Positions 19,030-28,554 of a stretch of 64,000 nt of DNA are shown here, piece by piece. The stretch lies in the NCBI GenBank assembly GCA_963730185.1, contig CAVSQW010000008.1, positions 448,001 through 512,000 on the forward strand, written 5' to 3'. The stretch is from an uncultured Gemmatimonadales bacterium. GTDB taxonomy: Bacteria > Gemmatimonadota > Gemmatimonadetes > Gemmatimonadales > GWC2-71-9. Position 1 is the first letter of the stretch. Each line of letters opens with the position of its first letter. A program made the position numbers and the translations under genes. The notes beneath the pieces are model-generated. The model was not told the DNA's origin and ran no database searches. It saw only the letters and a program-made list of their open reading frames with translations.

Positions 19030-19419
19030 ATGATGCGCCGACTGCTCTTGGTGGCCGCCGCGGTCGGGCTTGCCGCCTGCGGAAACAAGTCCATGCCGGT
19101 CGAGCCGGTGGCGGGCGATCTGACGCTGGCCTTTTCGTCGCCGGTGGGGAACGACGGCGCCCTGCTGCTGCTCGTCTCCGGTGGACCGGTGACCACGGTC
19201 ACGGCCCTCAACGGCTATCAGGTGGCCTCGGCACCGGCGGGCACCAACCTGACTCGGATCGTGGTTACTGGCAATCTGGTGGCCGGCGACGTGGTCAAGA
19301 TCGCGATTCCCGACACGTCGGCGTCGGCAGCCTACTCGGCCCGGGTGGAAGCGGCCGCCAACCGGAACACCTTCGCCCTGTCGGATCCCCTGTCGTACAC
19401 CGCCGGTCTCCGGAAGTAG
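19030..19419 (+). CDS. Small beta-rich lipoprotein of unknown function
   Basis: Lipobox LAAC; about 105-aa mature domain of alternating hydrophobic strands; starts 1 bp after the protease stop. Confidence 0.75.
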   Translation: MMRRLLLVAAAVGLAACGNKSMPVEPVAGDLTLAFSSPVGNDGALLLLVSGGPVTTVTALNGYQVASAPAGTNLTRIVVTGNLVAGDVVKIAIPDTSASAAYSARVEAAANRNTFALSDPLSYTAGLRK

Positions 19420-19436
19420 CGGGCGGGTCGGCGGTC

Positions 19437-21617
19437 ATGGAGCGGCGCGAGTTTCTCAAGGTGAGCGCGGCCACCGGGGCCGCCCTGACGCTGGCGGTGT
19501 CGCTCGACGGCTGCGGTGCCGAGGCTCTGCCGGCGGGCCCCGCCGGGAGCTTCGCCCCCAATGCCTGGATCCGGATCGACGACCAGGGCACGGTGACCGT
19601 GATGGTCGACCGGGCGGAGATGGGGCAGGGGGTGAGCACGGCCCTCCCGATGCTCGTGGCCGAGGAGCTCGACGCGGACTGGGAGCGGGTGCGGTTCGAG
19701 GCGGCCCCGGCCAACGAGGCCTACTACAACCCGCTGCTCAAGGCGCAGATCACCGGTGGGAGCACCTCGATCCTGGCGGCCTGGACGCCGCTCCGGCGGG
19801 CCGGGGCCGCGGCTCGCGCCATGCTCCTGTCGGCCGCGGCGCTGGAGTGGGGGGTGGAGGTCGCCGCCTGCCGGACCGAGGCCGGCGAGGTGGTCCACGA
19901 GGCCTCCGGGCGGCGGGCGGGGTATGGAGCCTTGGTCCCGCGGGCCGCCACCCTCGCGGTGCCGGACCAGGTTGCCCTCAAGCCCCGAACGGCCTATCGC
20001 CTGATCGGCACTCCGGTGCCCCGACTGGACGTTCCGGACAAAGTCACCGGTCGGGCCCGTTTCGGGGCCGATGCCGGGCCGGCCGGGGTGTTGGTTGCGG
20101 TGGTGGCGCGATGCCCCGTCTTCGGGGGCAAGGTCGTCCGCTACGACGGGGCTCGGGCGCTGGCGGTCCCCGGCGTCAAGCAGGTGGTGCCGATCGACAG
20201 CGGCGTGGCGGTGGTGGCCGAGCACACCTGGGCCGCCCTGGAAGGGCGGAAGGCCCTCGAGGTGACCTGGAACGAGGGACCGGACGCGACCATCGACGAT
20301 GCCGCCATCCGGGCCGAGCTCGAGGCCCTCACGGGCGAGGCCGGCGCGTCGGCTCGGCGCCTCGGAGATCCTGGCGGCGTCAACCCGCCCACCCGGATCG
20401 AGGCGGTCTACGAGGTTCCCTACTTGGCGCATGCCACGATGGAGCCGATGAACTGTACCGCCGATGTGAGCTCGGACGGCGTCACCCTGTGGGTGCCGAC
20501 CCAGTTCCAGGCCGGGCCGAGCTACTTCGCGGGGGGTGGGGCGCGGGGCGTGGCGGCGAGCGTGGCCGGCGTCGGGACCGACCGGGTGACGGTGCACACG
20601 ACGATGCTGGGCGGTGGGTTCGGCCGGCGGAGCGAGCTCGACATGGTGGGCGAGGCGGTGGCCGTGTCGAAGGCCGTCGGGGCGCCGGTGCGGCTGCAGT
20701 GGACCCGTGAGGACGACACCCGTCACGACCGGTATCGCCCGGCGGCCCGACATGTGATGACCGGCGGGCTCGCGGCCGACGGCACCCCGGTCCTCTGGCA
20801 GCACCACATCGCGTGTCAGTCGATCATCCGGAAGTTCATGCCCGGGTTTCTGCCTCGCTGGGCCACCCGGATCGCCGGGCCGCTCAAGGGCGGGGTGGAC
20901 GCGAACGCGATCGAGGGCGCGGCGGACCTGCCCTATGCGATTCCGAACCTGGACGTCCGGTACTCGGAGGCGACGCTGCCGATTCCGGTGGGGTTCTGGC
21001 GCTCGGTGGGGCACAGCCACACGGCCTTCGCGGTGGAGAGTTTCATCGACGAGATGGCCCACTCCGGCGGCAAGGACCCGGTGGAGTTCCGACGGTGGCT
21101 GCTTCGAGTGGCACCCCGCCACCTCGCGGTGCTCGACCTGGCGGCCGAGCGGGCGGGATGGGGCACGGAGCCGCCGAAGGGACGGTTCCGCGGCGTGGCC
21201 GTGCACGAGTCGTTCGGGAGCTTCGTCGCGCAGGTGGCCGAGGTCTCGGTGGAGCAGGGGACGATCCGGGTGCACCGGGTGACCTGCGCGATCGACTGCG
21301 GGGTGGTGGTGAACCCCGACATCGTCAAGGCCCAGATGGAGGGTGGCATCGCCTATGGCCTCTCGGCGGCCCTGCACGGCGGCGTCACGATCGAGAAGGG
21401 CCGGGTCCGGCAGGGGAACTTCAACGACTACCGGGTCCTCCGGATCGACGAGATGCCGGTCGTCGACGTACACTTGGTGCCGAGCGACCAGCCACCGGGC
21501 GGCGCCGGCGAGCCCGGCACCCCGCCGATCGCCCCCGCCGTGGCCAACGCGGTCTTCGCGGCGACCGGGACCCGCCTGCGGTCGCTCCCGTTGGTGATAG
21601 GGAGTAGGGAATCGTGA
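19437..21617 (+). CDS. Xanthine-dehydrogenase-family molybdopterin-binding subunit (isoquinoline 1-oxidoreductase beta type)
   Basis: Tat signal [45 protein letters not shown] and GAGEPGTPP motifs. Confidence 0.9.
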   Translation: MERREFLKVSAATGAALTLAVSLDGCGAEALPAGPAGSFAPNAWIRIDDQGTVTVMVDRAEMGQGVSTALPMLVAEELDADWERVRFEAAPANEAYYNPLLKAQITGGSTSILAAWTPLRRAGAAARAMLLSAAALEWGVEVAACRTEAGEVVHEASGRRAGYGALVPRAATLAVPDQVALKPRTAYRLIGTPVPRLDVPDKVTGRARFGADAGPAGVLVAVVARCPVFGGKVVRYDGARALAVPGVKQVVPIDSGVAVVAEHTWAALEGRKALEVTWNEGPDATIDDAAIRAELEALTGEAGASARRLGDPGGVNPPTRIEAVYEVPYLAHATMEPMNCTADVSSDGVTLWVPTQFQAGPSYFAGGGARGVAASVAGVGTDRVTVHTTMLGGGFGRRSELDMVGEAVAVSKAVGAPVRLQWTREDDTRHDRYRPAARHVMTGGLAADGTPVLWQHHIACQSIIRKFMPGFLPRWATRIAGPLKGGVDANAIEGAADLPYAIPNLDVRYSEATLPIPVGFWRSVGHSHTAFAVESFIDEMAHSGGKDPVEFRRWLLRVAPRHLAVLDLAAERAGWGTEPPKGRFRGVAVHESFGSFVAQVAEVSVEQGTIRVHRVTCAIDCGVVVNPDIVKAQMEGGIAYGLSAALHGGVTIEKGRVRQGNFNDYRVLRIDEMPVVDVHLVPSDQPPGGAGEPGTPPIAPAVANAVFAATGTRLRSLPLVIGSRES

Positions 21618-21763
21618 GTAGGGAGTAGGGAGGGAGTAGGGAGTGGGCAATGGGGGTGCGCGTCCCCGAGGGGCTGCTCACCGCCCCCTCCCGATTCACC
21701 ACTCCCTCCCGATTCACCACTCCCTCACTCACCACTCCCTCCTCCCGATTCACTAGTCCCTAC
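21598..21763. repeat. Second G-rich/C-rich intergenic repeat element between convergent genes
   Basis: GGGAGTA heptamer units on the left; tandem CCCTCCCGATTCACCACT-type units on the right. The CCGATTCACCAC unit is the reverse complement of GTGGTGAATCGG in the 7872-8045 element. Confidence 0.65.
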
Positions 21764-23630
21764 TTGCGACCTCATCAGCCGGCTGGCTGGTGAAGTCCTC
21801 CCCCGGGTTGATGAACCGGTCGCGCTCGATCCGGTACTGCTTCTCGTACAGCTGCCGGTAGCGTCCGTCGACCGCGAGGAGCTCGGCGTGGGTGCCGCGC
21901 TCCACGACCTGACCTTCTTCGATCACCAGGATCTGGTCCGCGCTCATGATGGTGCTGAGCCGGTGGGCGATCACGAACGTGGTCCGACCGGCCCGGAGCG
22001 ACTTGAGGCCGTCCTGGATCAGGGCTTCGGACTCGCTGTCGAGGCTCGAGGTGGCTTCGTCGAGCAGCAGGATGGACGGGTCGGCCAGGATGGCGCGGGC
22101 GATGGCGATCCGCTGGCGCTGACCGCCCGAGAGCCGGACTCCGCGTTCGCCGACGATGGTGTCGTACCCGTTCTCGAAGTCCTGGATGAACTCGTCGCTG
22201 TGGGCGATCGTGCTGACTCGCTTCACGTCCTCCATCGTGGCGTCGGGCCGGGAGAAGCGGATGTTGTCCGCCACGGTTCCGTCGAACAGGAAGTTGTCCT
22301 GCAGGACGATGCCCAGGTGGCTCCGGTAGTCCCGCAGCTTGAGCGTGGCCAGGTCGGTTCCGTCGAGCAGGAGCCGGCCCTGGGTAGGCCGGTTGAAGGC
22401 CATGACCAGGCTCATCAGGGTGCTCTTCCCCGAGCCGCTCGATCCCACCAGGGCGGTCGTGGTGCCGGCCGGCGCCTTGAACGAGATTCCCCGCAAGACC
22501 GGCGTGCCGGGGTTGTACTCGAACCAGACGTCCTGGAACTCGATCTCGCCGCGGACCGTGTGCAGGGGACGGCGGTCGACATCCTCGTCGTCCTCGGTCG
22601 CGGTTTGCCGGAGGTCGCGAATCCGGTCCAATCCGGCGAAGGCCTCGCTGACCTGGGTGCCGATCGAGGCGAGTTGGATGAGCGGAACCGCGATCATGCC
22701 GGTAAAGAGCACGTACATGAAGTAGTCGCCGACCGTCATCGCCCCGCTCAGGACCCGGCCTCCGCCCACCACGATCATCAGGGCTCCGATGGCGCCCACG
22801 ATCACCGACGAGAAGGCGCTCACGGCCGAGACGCCGGTCATGGTGGTCGCCACGTTCCGGAACAGCCGGTGCACGCCCCGGGCGAAGACCAGCTCCTCGC
22901 GGCGCTCGGCCACGTACGACTTGACCACCCGGATCCCGCCCAGCGTCTCGGTCAGACGACCGGTCACCTCCGCGTTGATCTTGCTCCGCTCCCGGAAGAT
23001 GGGGCGCAGCTTGGTGAACGCGACCGACATCCCGCCGGCGAAGAGGAGGAGCACGACCAGGGTGATCGCCGTGAGCTGCCAGTTCAGGAAGAACAGGATG
23101 CCGAGCACGATCACCGCGGTCACCAGGCCGCCGGTGATCTGGACCAGGCCCGTTCCGACCAGGTTTCGGATGCCCTCGGCGTCGCTCATGATCCGGCTCA
23201 CCAGGGTGCCGGTCTGGGTGGCATCGAAGGCCCGGACGGGTAGCCGCACCACGTGCTCCATCACGGCCCGGCGCATGTCCGTGATGGCGCGCTGAGCCGC
23301 GATGCCGAGCATCCGGGTCAGGGCGAACGAGGTTGAAGCCTGGATCAGGGTCGCGACCACCGCGGCCGCCGCGATGGCGAGCAGCTGGCCATGTCGATCC
23401 GCCGGCAGGAGGCGGCTCAGCATCGGGCTCATCGCCGGGCTCGGGGTCGAGACCGGCATCAGCACGTGATCGATCAGGAACTTGGAGCTGCCGGGCAGCA
23501 CCAGGCCGGCCAGGCGGTTCACGAGCATGATTGCCATGCCCAGGCCCAGCCGGCGGCGGTGCTTCCAGATCAGGGCCCGTGCTTCGACCCAGGCGGCCTT
23601 GTAGTTGGTCTTGCGTTTTGGCGGAGTCAT
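21753..23630 (-). CDS. ABC exporter, fused permease and ATPase (MsbA/MdlB-like)
   Basis: TM domain plus Walker A GSSGSGKS, LSGGQRQR signature, LLLDEATS and IAHRLST. Confidence 0.93.
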   Translation of the reverse strand: MTPPKRKTNYKAAWVEARALIWKHRRRLGLGMAIMLVNRLAGLVLPGSSKFLIDHVLMPVSTPSPAMSPMLSRLLPADRHGQLLAIAAAAVVATLIQASTSFALTRMLGIAAQRAITDMRRAVMEHVVRLPVRAFDATQTGTLVSRIMSDAEGIRNLVGTGLVQITGGLVTAVIVLGILFFLNWQLTAITLVVLLLFAGGMSVAFTKLRPIFRERSKINAEVTGRLTETLGGIRVVKSYVAERREELVFARGVHRLFRNVATTMTGVSAVSAFSSVIVGAIGALMIVVGGGRVLSGAMTVGDYFMYVLFTGMIAVPLIQLASIGTQVSEAFAGLDRIRDLRQTATEDDEDVDRRPLHTVRGEIEFQDVWFEYNPGTPVLRGISFKAPAGTTTALVGSSGSGKSTLMSLVMAFNRPTQGRLLLDGTDLATLKLRDYRSHLGIVLQDNFLFDGTVADNIRFSRPDATMEDVKRVSTIAHSDEFIQDFENGYDTIVGERGVRLSGGQRQRIAIARAILADPSILLLDEATSSLDSESEALIQDGLKSLRAGRTTFVIAHRLSTIMSADQILVIEEGQVVERGTHAELLAVDGRYRQLYEKQYRIERDRFINPGEDFTSQPADEVASRD

Positions 23631-23638
23631 CTCTCGTC

Positions 23639-24088
23639 TCAGCGCTGGCGCCGCAGCTCCTCAACCCTGGCCTGGTGTCGGCCGAACATGTCGCGGCCGG
23701 CCTCGGTCTCGGTCGCGACCCACTCCGTATTGCGGAGGAATCGCGGCCCGGTAGAGGTGCGGATCTCGTCTAGATAAGGATGCAGCTTGGCGAGCAGGAT
23801 CAGGGCCTCGCCGCCGCTCGAATCCGCCAGGTAGTCGGCGTGGACGATCCCGTGGCGGGCGAGACCGTAGACCATCTCCCAATAGTCCACCACTTGGCGG
23901 AACGACTCGTTATGGGGGTGCTCGTTGTTCAGGATGGCGGTGACGTCGGAGGCGGCCTTGGGCCAGAAATCGCGGCTGATTACCCGCCGGGCGTCCCGGA
24001 GGACCTCCTCCCGCCGAAGCTCGTAGACCTTGAGGACCAGCTCGGCGTCGTGGTGGTCGGGGAAGTCCTTGGGCGACGGTACTCTCAT
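23639..24088 (-). CDS. Small helical hypothetical protein (DUF4760-like)
   Basis: MRVPSPKDFPDHHDAELVLKVYELRRE...; ATGA overlap with the RND stop. It is the C-terminal part of the listed 923-aa shadow ORF. Confidence 0.7.
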   Translation of the reverse strand: MRVPSPKDFPDHHDAELVLKVYELRREEVLRDARRVISRDFWPKAASDVTAILNNEHPHNESFRQVVDYWEMVYGLARHGIVHADYLADSSGGEALILLAKLHPYLDEIRTSTGPRFLRNTEWVATETEAGRDMFGRHQARVEELRRQR

Positions 24089-27000
24089 GAGGTGCTCTCC
24101 CTGGCCATGGAGGCCGGGCTTGGCTCGAGCTGGCTCGCGCCCCGGCGGCGCCTCACCCAGCGGGTCGCCTTCTCCCGGAGCTCGAACAGGATCTCGTAGA
24201 AGGTCGGGATCACCAGCAGGGTGAGGAACGTCGAAGTGATGACGCCGCCGATGACGGCCACGCCGAGGGGGGAGCGGAACTGCGATCCTTCCCCGGTGCC
24301 CAGCGCGATCGGTGTCATGCCCGCAATCAGGGCCACCGTCGTCATCATGATGGGGCGGAGCCGGATCCCGCCGGCCTCGATCAGGGCGTCCCGAATGGAA
24401 AGGCCCCGATCGGCCCTGGCCCACTTCGCGAAATCGATCAAGAGGATCGCATTCTTGGCCACCAGGCCCATTAGCAGGATCACGCCGATCAAGCTCATGA
24501 TGTTGATGGTATAGCCCGCCAGCGAGAGCGCCAGCATCACCCCGATCAGCGAGAGGGGGAGCGATGCCATGATCGCGAGCGGATCCATGAACGAGCCGAA
24601 CTGCATTACCAGCACCAGGTACATCAGGAGCACGGCGATCGCGAGCGAGAGGAAGATGCTCCGGAACGACTCCGCCTGGAACTCCTGGTCCCCACCCTGG
24701 CTGACCGTGACCCCGCCGGGTCCGGGCTTGCCGAGCTGATAGCCCAGCTTCTCGATCCGGGCCTGGACGTCGGAAAACACTTCGCCCGTGGACCGGCCGG
24801 CAACGTTCCACTCCACCGCGACGTTCACCTCGCGGTTCAGGTGGTTGATGGCGGCCGGGCCGAGGCTCTGACTGATGTCGGCCACCTGGCCGAGCGGGAG
24901 CGTCGTCGGGCCGTTGGGGCCGGGCACGACGAGCGGGAGGTCGGCCAGGTCGGTGACGTGCTCCCGGTACTGGGGTGAGAGCCGGATGGTGACGTCCCGG
25001 GTCTCCCCGCTCGGGTCGATCCAGTCGCCGGCATCGATCCCGGCGAAGGCGGGTCGGAGGGACTGCGCGACCTGACCGACGGTCACCCCCAGCGCGCCCG
25101 CGAGCCCGCGATTGAGCTCCACGTTCAGCTCGGGCTTCTGCCCCTTGGTCGAGAGGCCCAGGTCCACGACGTTGGGGACCTGGGCGACCTCGCCCTTGAT
25201 CTGGTCGGCCACCGCCGCGAGTGTGCCCGGGTCGTTGCCCTGGACGTTCAGGGCGAGCTGCTTCCGTCCGCCACCGAAGTCGGTGGTGAACACCGACGTG
25301 GTGAAGCCGCTCAGCTGCGACGTCTGGTGCCGCACCTCCTCGGCGATGACCTCCACGCTCCGGCCGGGGCGGTCCGTCTTGGGAGTGACCCGGACGTAGA
25401 AGTTCGCTACGTCCACCGCGCCCGATTGCCCGGCGCCGAGGGTGACGTAGGTGTAGCGGAGCTCGGGGAGCCGGCGGAGGATGGCCTCCACCTGGCCCGC
25501 CTTCTGCCGGGTGAACTGCAGGCTCGAGCCGGGCGGAGTCTCCACCTTGATGAAGAACTCCGAGCGGTCGTCGATCGGAAAGAACCCGACACCCACCTTG
25601 CGGAAGGTCGGCGCGATCCGGACCAGGGCGAACGCCAGCACCAGGCCGCCCGCGAGGCCGAACACCTTGACGTACCAGGCCCGCCGGGGGCCGGCGGCCC
25701 AGGCCATGACCCCGATCCCGACCAGGGCGCCGAGCAGGCCGAGCAGTCCCTTGCCGGGGAGGATGAAGGCGGCGACGAAGGTGCCGGCCGTGATGATCAC
25801 CATCGACAGCCGGTGGTCGAGCGCCCAGGCGATGATCCGCTTGTAGCGCTCCGCCTGCCGCATGAACCAGTGGTTGAACCCGGTCAGCCGCTTGGTGATC
25901 CAGCCCTGCTGCTGGAACGGCTTCCGGTGGTCCGGCCAGTACGCGGAGAGCATCGGGTCGAGCGAAAACGACACCAGCAGCGAGACCGCGACCGAACAGG
26001 CGATGGTGAGTGCGAAGGGCTGCATCCATTGTTCGGTCATCCCGCCCTGGAACGCGACCGGGATGAAGACCGCCAGGATCGAGAAGGTCGTGGCGGCCAC
26101 GGCGAGCCCGATCTCGTCGGTCCCTTCGTGGGCGGCCGTCACGTGATCCTTCCCCATCTCCACGTGTCGGACGATGTTTTCCCGGACCACGATGGCGTCG
26201 TCGATCAGCACCCCGATGGCCAGCGAGAGGCCCAGCAGCGACATCGTGTTGAGGGTGAACCCGAAGGCCCACACCGCGATGAACGAGGCCAGCACCGACA
26301 CCGGCAGGGCCAGACCGGTGATGACGGTCGACCGCCACGAGTTGAGGAAGACGAACACCACGAGCACGGTAAGCAGGGCGCCCTCGATCAGGGCCTTCTC
26401 GACTTCCCACACCGAGCGGCGGACTCGCTCGCCGGAGTTCCGGACGACGGCGATGCTGGTGCCCTCGGGGAGCGTCGTCTTGACCTGGTCGATCCGGGCC
26501 AGGATCCGATCGCTCACGTCCGTGGTGCTGTAGCCCTGGGCCTTCTTGATGTCGATCCCGACCGACTCGACCCCGTTGTAGAGAGCCAGCGTCCGCTGCT
26601 CCTCGAACCCGTCCTTGACGGTTGCGATGTCACCGAGGCGGATCGGCTGGCCGTTCCGCTCGACGACCGCGATCTGGTCGAAGTCGCGGGGCGCCGCCGG
26701 GCGGCCCTTGAGGCGGATCGAACGCTCGGCCTCCTTGGTCTCGATTCGCCCGACCGGGCTGGCCAGGTTCTGGAGCTGGAGCGCCTGGACCACCTGGGCC
26801 ACGCTGATGCCGGCGGCCTGGAGGGCCTTGGGATGGAGCTCGACCGTGAGCTCCCGCTCGAGCTTTCCGGCGACGGTCACCTCGGCCACGCCGCCGAGCG
26901 AGCGGAGCTCGCGGGTGATGCCGGGATCGGCGAGACGGGTGAGCTCCCCGGGCGTGAGCTTGGTCGACGACAGGGCCAGCGACACGATCGGCCGGTCCGT

Positions 27001-27399
27001 GTCGTTGAACTTCTTGATGATCGGCTCCTTGAGCTCCTCGGGTAGGTCGCCCCGAATCCCGGAGATCGCGTCGCGGATGTCCTGGGTGGCCTCCGGGAGC
27101 GGCTTGCCGAACTGGAACTCGACCAGGAGCTGGCCGAAGCCGTCCTCCGAGGTGCTGTTGACCTTCTTGACGCCGGAGATCGAGGCGATCGCTTCCTCGA
27201 TCGGATTGATGACTTCCTTCTCCACCCCGTCGGGTGACGCGCCCGGGTAGATGAGCGCCACGGTCACGAACGGCGGGTTGATGTCGGGAAACTCGTCGGT
27301 CTTGAGCTTGAGGAGCGCGAAGGCGCCGAACGCCACGAGCGAGAGCATCGCGACGATGGTGATGACCGGTCGCTTGATCGCGAAATCGGAAATAACCAC
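24085..27399 (-). CDS. RND efflux transporter permease (AcrB/HAE1 family)
   Basis: ISDFAIKRPV, GVLIDDAIVVRENI, KNAILLIDF and RLRPIMMTT. Confidence 0.95.
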   Translation of the reverse strand: MVISDFAIKRPVITIVAMLSLVAFGAFALLKLKTDEFPDINPPFVTVALIYPGASPDGVEKEVINPIEEAIASISGVKKVNSTSEDGFGQLLVEFQFGKPLPEATQDIRDAISGIRGDLPEELKEPIIKKFNDTDRPIVSLALSSTKLTPGELTRLADPGITRELRSLGGVAEVTVAGKLERELTVELHPKALQAAGISVAQVVQALQLQNLASPVGRIETKEAERSIRLKGRPAAPRDFDQIAVVERNGQPIRLGDIATVKDGFEEQRTLALYNGVESVGIDIKKAQGYSTTDVSDRILARIDQVKTTLPEGTSIAVVRNSGERVRRSVWEVEKALIEGALLTVLVVFVFLNSWRSTVITGLALPVSVLASFIAVWAFGFTLNTMSLLGLSLAIGVLIDDAIVVRENIVRHVEMGKDHVTAAHEGTDEIGLAVAATTFSILAVFIPVAFQGGMTEQWMQPFALTIACSVAVSLLVSFSLDPMLSAYWPDHRKPFQQQGWITKRLTGFNHWFMRQAERYKRIIAWALDHRLSMVIITAGTFVAAFILPGKGLLGLLGALVGIGVMAWAAGPRRAWYVKVFGLAGGLVLAFALVRIAPTFRKVGVGFFPIDDRSEFFIKVETPPGSSLQFTRQKAGQVEAILRRLPELRYTYVTLGAGQSGAVDVANFYVRVTPKTDRPGRSVEVIAEEVRHQTSQLSGFTTSVFTTDFGGGRKQLALNVQGNDPGTLAAVADQIKGEVAQVPNVVDLGLSTKGQKPELNVELNRGLAGALGVTVGQVAQSLRPAFAGIDAGDWIDPSGETRDVTIRLSPQYREHVTDLADLPLVVPGPNGPTTLPLGQVADISQSLGPAAINHLNREVNVAVEWNVAGRSTGEVFSDVQARIEKLGYQLGKPGPGGVTVSQGGDQEFQAESFRSIFLSLAIAVLLMYLVLVMQFGSFMDPLAIMASLPLSLIGVMLALSLAGYTINIMSLIGVILLMGLVAKNAILLIDFAKWARADRGLSIRDALIEAGGIRLRPIMMTTVALIAGMTPIALGTGEGSQFRSPLGVAVIGGVITSTFLTLLVIPTFYEILFELREKATRWVRRRRGASQLEPSPASMARESTS

Positions 27400-27417
27400 G
27401 AGACGTCCTCTCCTGGC

Positions 27418-28554
27418 TCAGCGGCCGGCGCCGGCTTGCTCGGCGGCGGCGGCGGGGCGAATGCGGGTGCCCGGCTGAATGGTCCGGGCCGAGCCGATGA
27501 TCAGGGTGTCGCCCGGGGCGATGCCCGAGACGATCTCGACCCGGTCGCTGGTGGCGTCCTCGATCCCGGTGTCGACCTCCACCCGCTGGGCCGTCCCGTT
27601 GACGAGCCGGGTTACGGTCGGGCGAAGGCCCCGCCGGTCGATGGCGGAGACGGGCACCACCACGCCGACCCGCGACTCCAAGGCCGCGCGGCCCTGGGCG
27701 AAGAGGCCGGCCGCGAGGCGCCCCGACGTATTGGGCAGGGACACCGTGATCCGGACCTGCCGGGTGGTCGGGTCGACCGCCGGATTGATCCGGACGATCT
27801 TGCCCTCGAAGAACCGGGTGCCGTAGCCGTCCACCGAGAAGGGCACCGCCGTTCCCGGCCGAAGGCTCTCCAGGGCCGACACCGGCACCTGGGCCTCGAG
27901 TCGGAGACTGGACGGGTCGATCACGGTGAAGAGTGGGTTCCCGACTTGAACGACGTCGCCGGCGTTGGTCCGGCGCTCGCTCACCACCCCGGTCAGCGGC
28001 GACCGGATTTCGGTGTAGCGCAGCTGCTTCTCGGCCGCGGCGAGCCTGGCCTTGGCGTCAGCCACGGCGCCGTCGGCGTTGGTGGCGGTCCACTGGGCCT
28101 GCTCCAGGTCGCGATCGGCCATCGCGCCGGCCTGGGCCAGCTTCTCGGCCCGCTCGGCGTTGCGGTGGGCGACCTGGGCCGCCTGCTCGGCCGTCCGGAG
28201 GCCGGAGCGGGCGGAGAGTGCGGCGTCCTTGACGGCATCTTCGCTGAGACGGGCCAGGAGCTGGCCGCGGTTGACGTGCTGTCCCTCCTCGACCTCGACC
28301 CCGACCACGGTGCCGCCGAGCTCCGCCCGAACGGTGGCTTCCCGTTCGGGCGTGAGGGTGCCGGAGACGATCGGACCGGTCCGGAGGGTGTCGGTCACCG
28401 TCAGGTAGAGGTTTTCCGGGCCCACCAAGACCGGGGCCGGTTCGGCGTCGGCCTGTTCGGCCTGGCCGGAGCCGCCGCACCCGGCGGCCAAAATGGCGCC
28501 GAGGAGAAGGAGGGCAGGGGCGAGGGCCCGTCGGGGATCGAGGGTCGCGATCAT
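27418..28554 (-). CDS. RND periplasmic adaptor (membrane fusion protein), lipoprotein
   Basis: LAAGC lipobox; lipoyl-like halves flanking a coiled hairpin; INPAVDPTTR. Confidence 0.92.
   Translation of the reverse strand: MIATLDPRRALAPALLLLGAILAAGCGGSGQAEQADAEPAPVLVGPENLYLTVTDTLRTGPIVSGTLTPEREATVRAELGGTVVGVEVEEGQHVNRGQLLARLSEDAVKDAALSARSGLRTAEQAAQVAHRNAERAEKLAQAGAMADRDLEQAQWTATNADGAVADAKARLAAAEKQLRYTEIRSPLTGVVSERRTNAGDVVQVGNPLFTVIDPSSLRLEAQVPVSALESLRPGTAVPFSVDGYGTRFFEGKIVRINPAVDPTTRQVRITVSLPNTSGRLAAGLFAQGRAALESRVGVVVPVSAIDRRGLRPTVTRLVNGTAQRVEVDTGIEDATSDRVEIVSGIAPGDTLIIGSARTIQPGTRIRPAAAAEQAGAGR

Noticed and set aside
21685..21755. Short tandem units as a possible CRISPR array
   Set aside because: The units abut with no unique spacers, are too short, and no cas genes are present.
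23639..26410. 923-aa ORF overlapping the RND gene
   Set aside because: It is an alternative-frame extension. Only the last 149 aa, from the ATG at 24088, look like a real protein.
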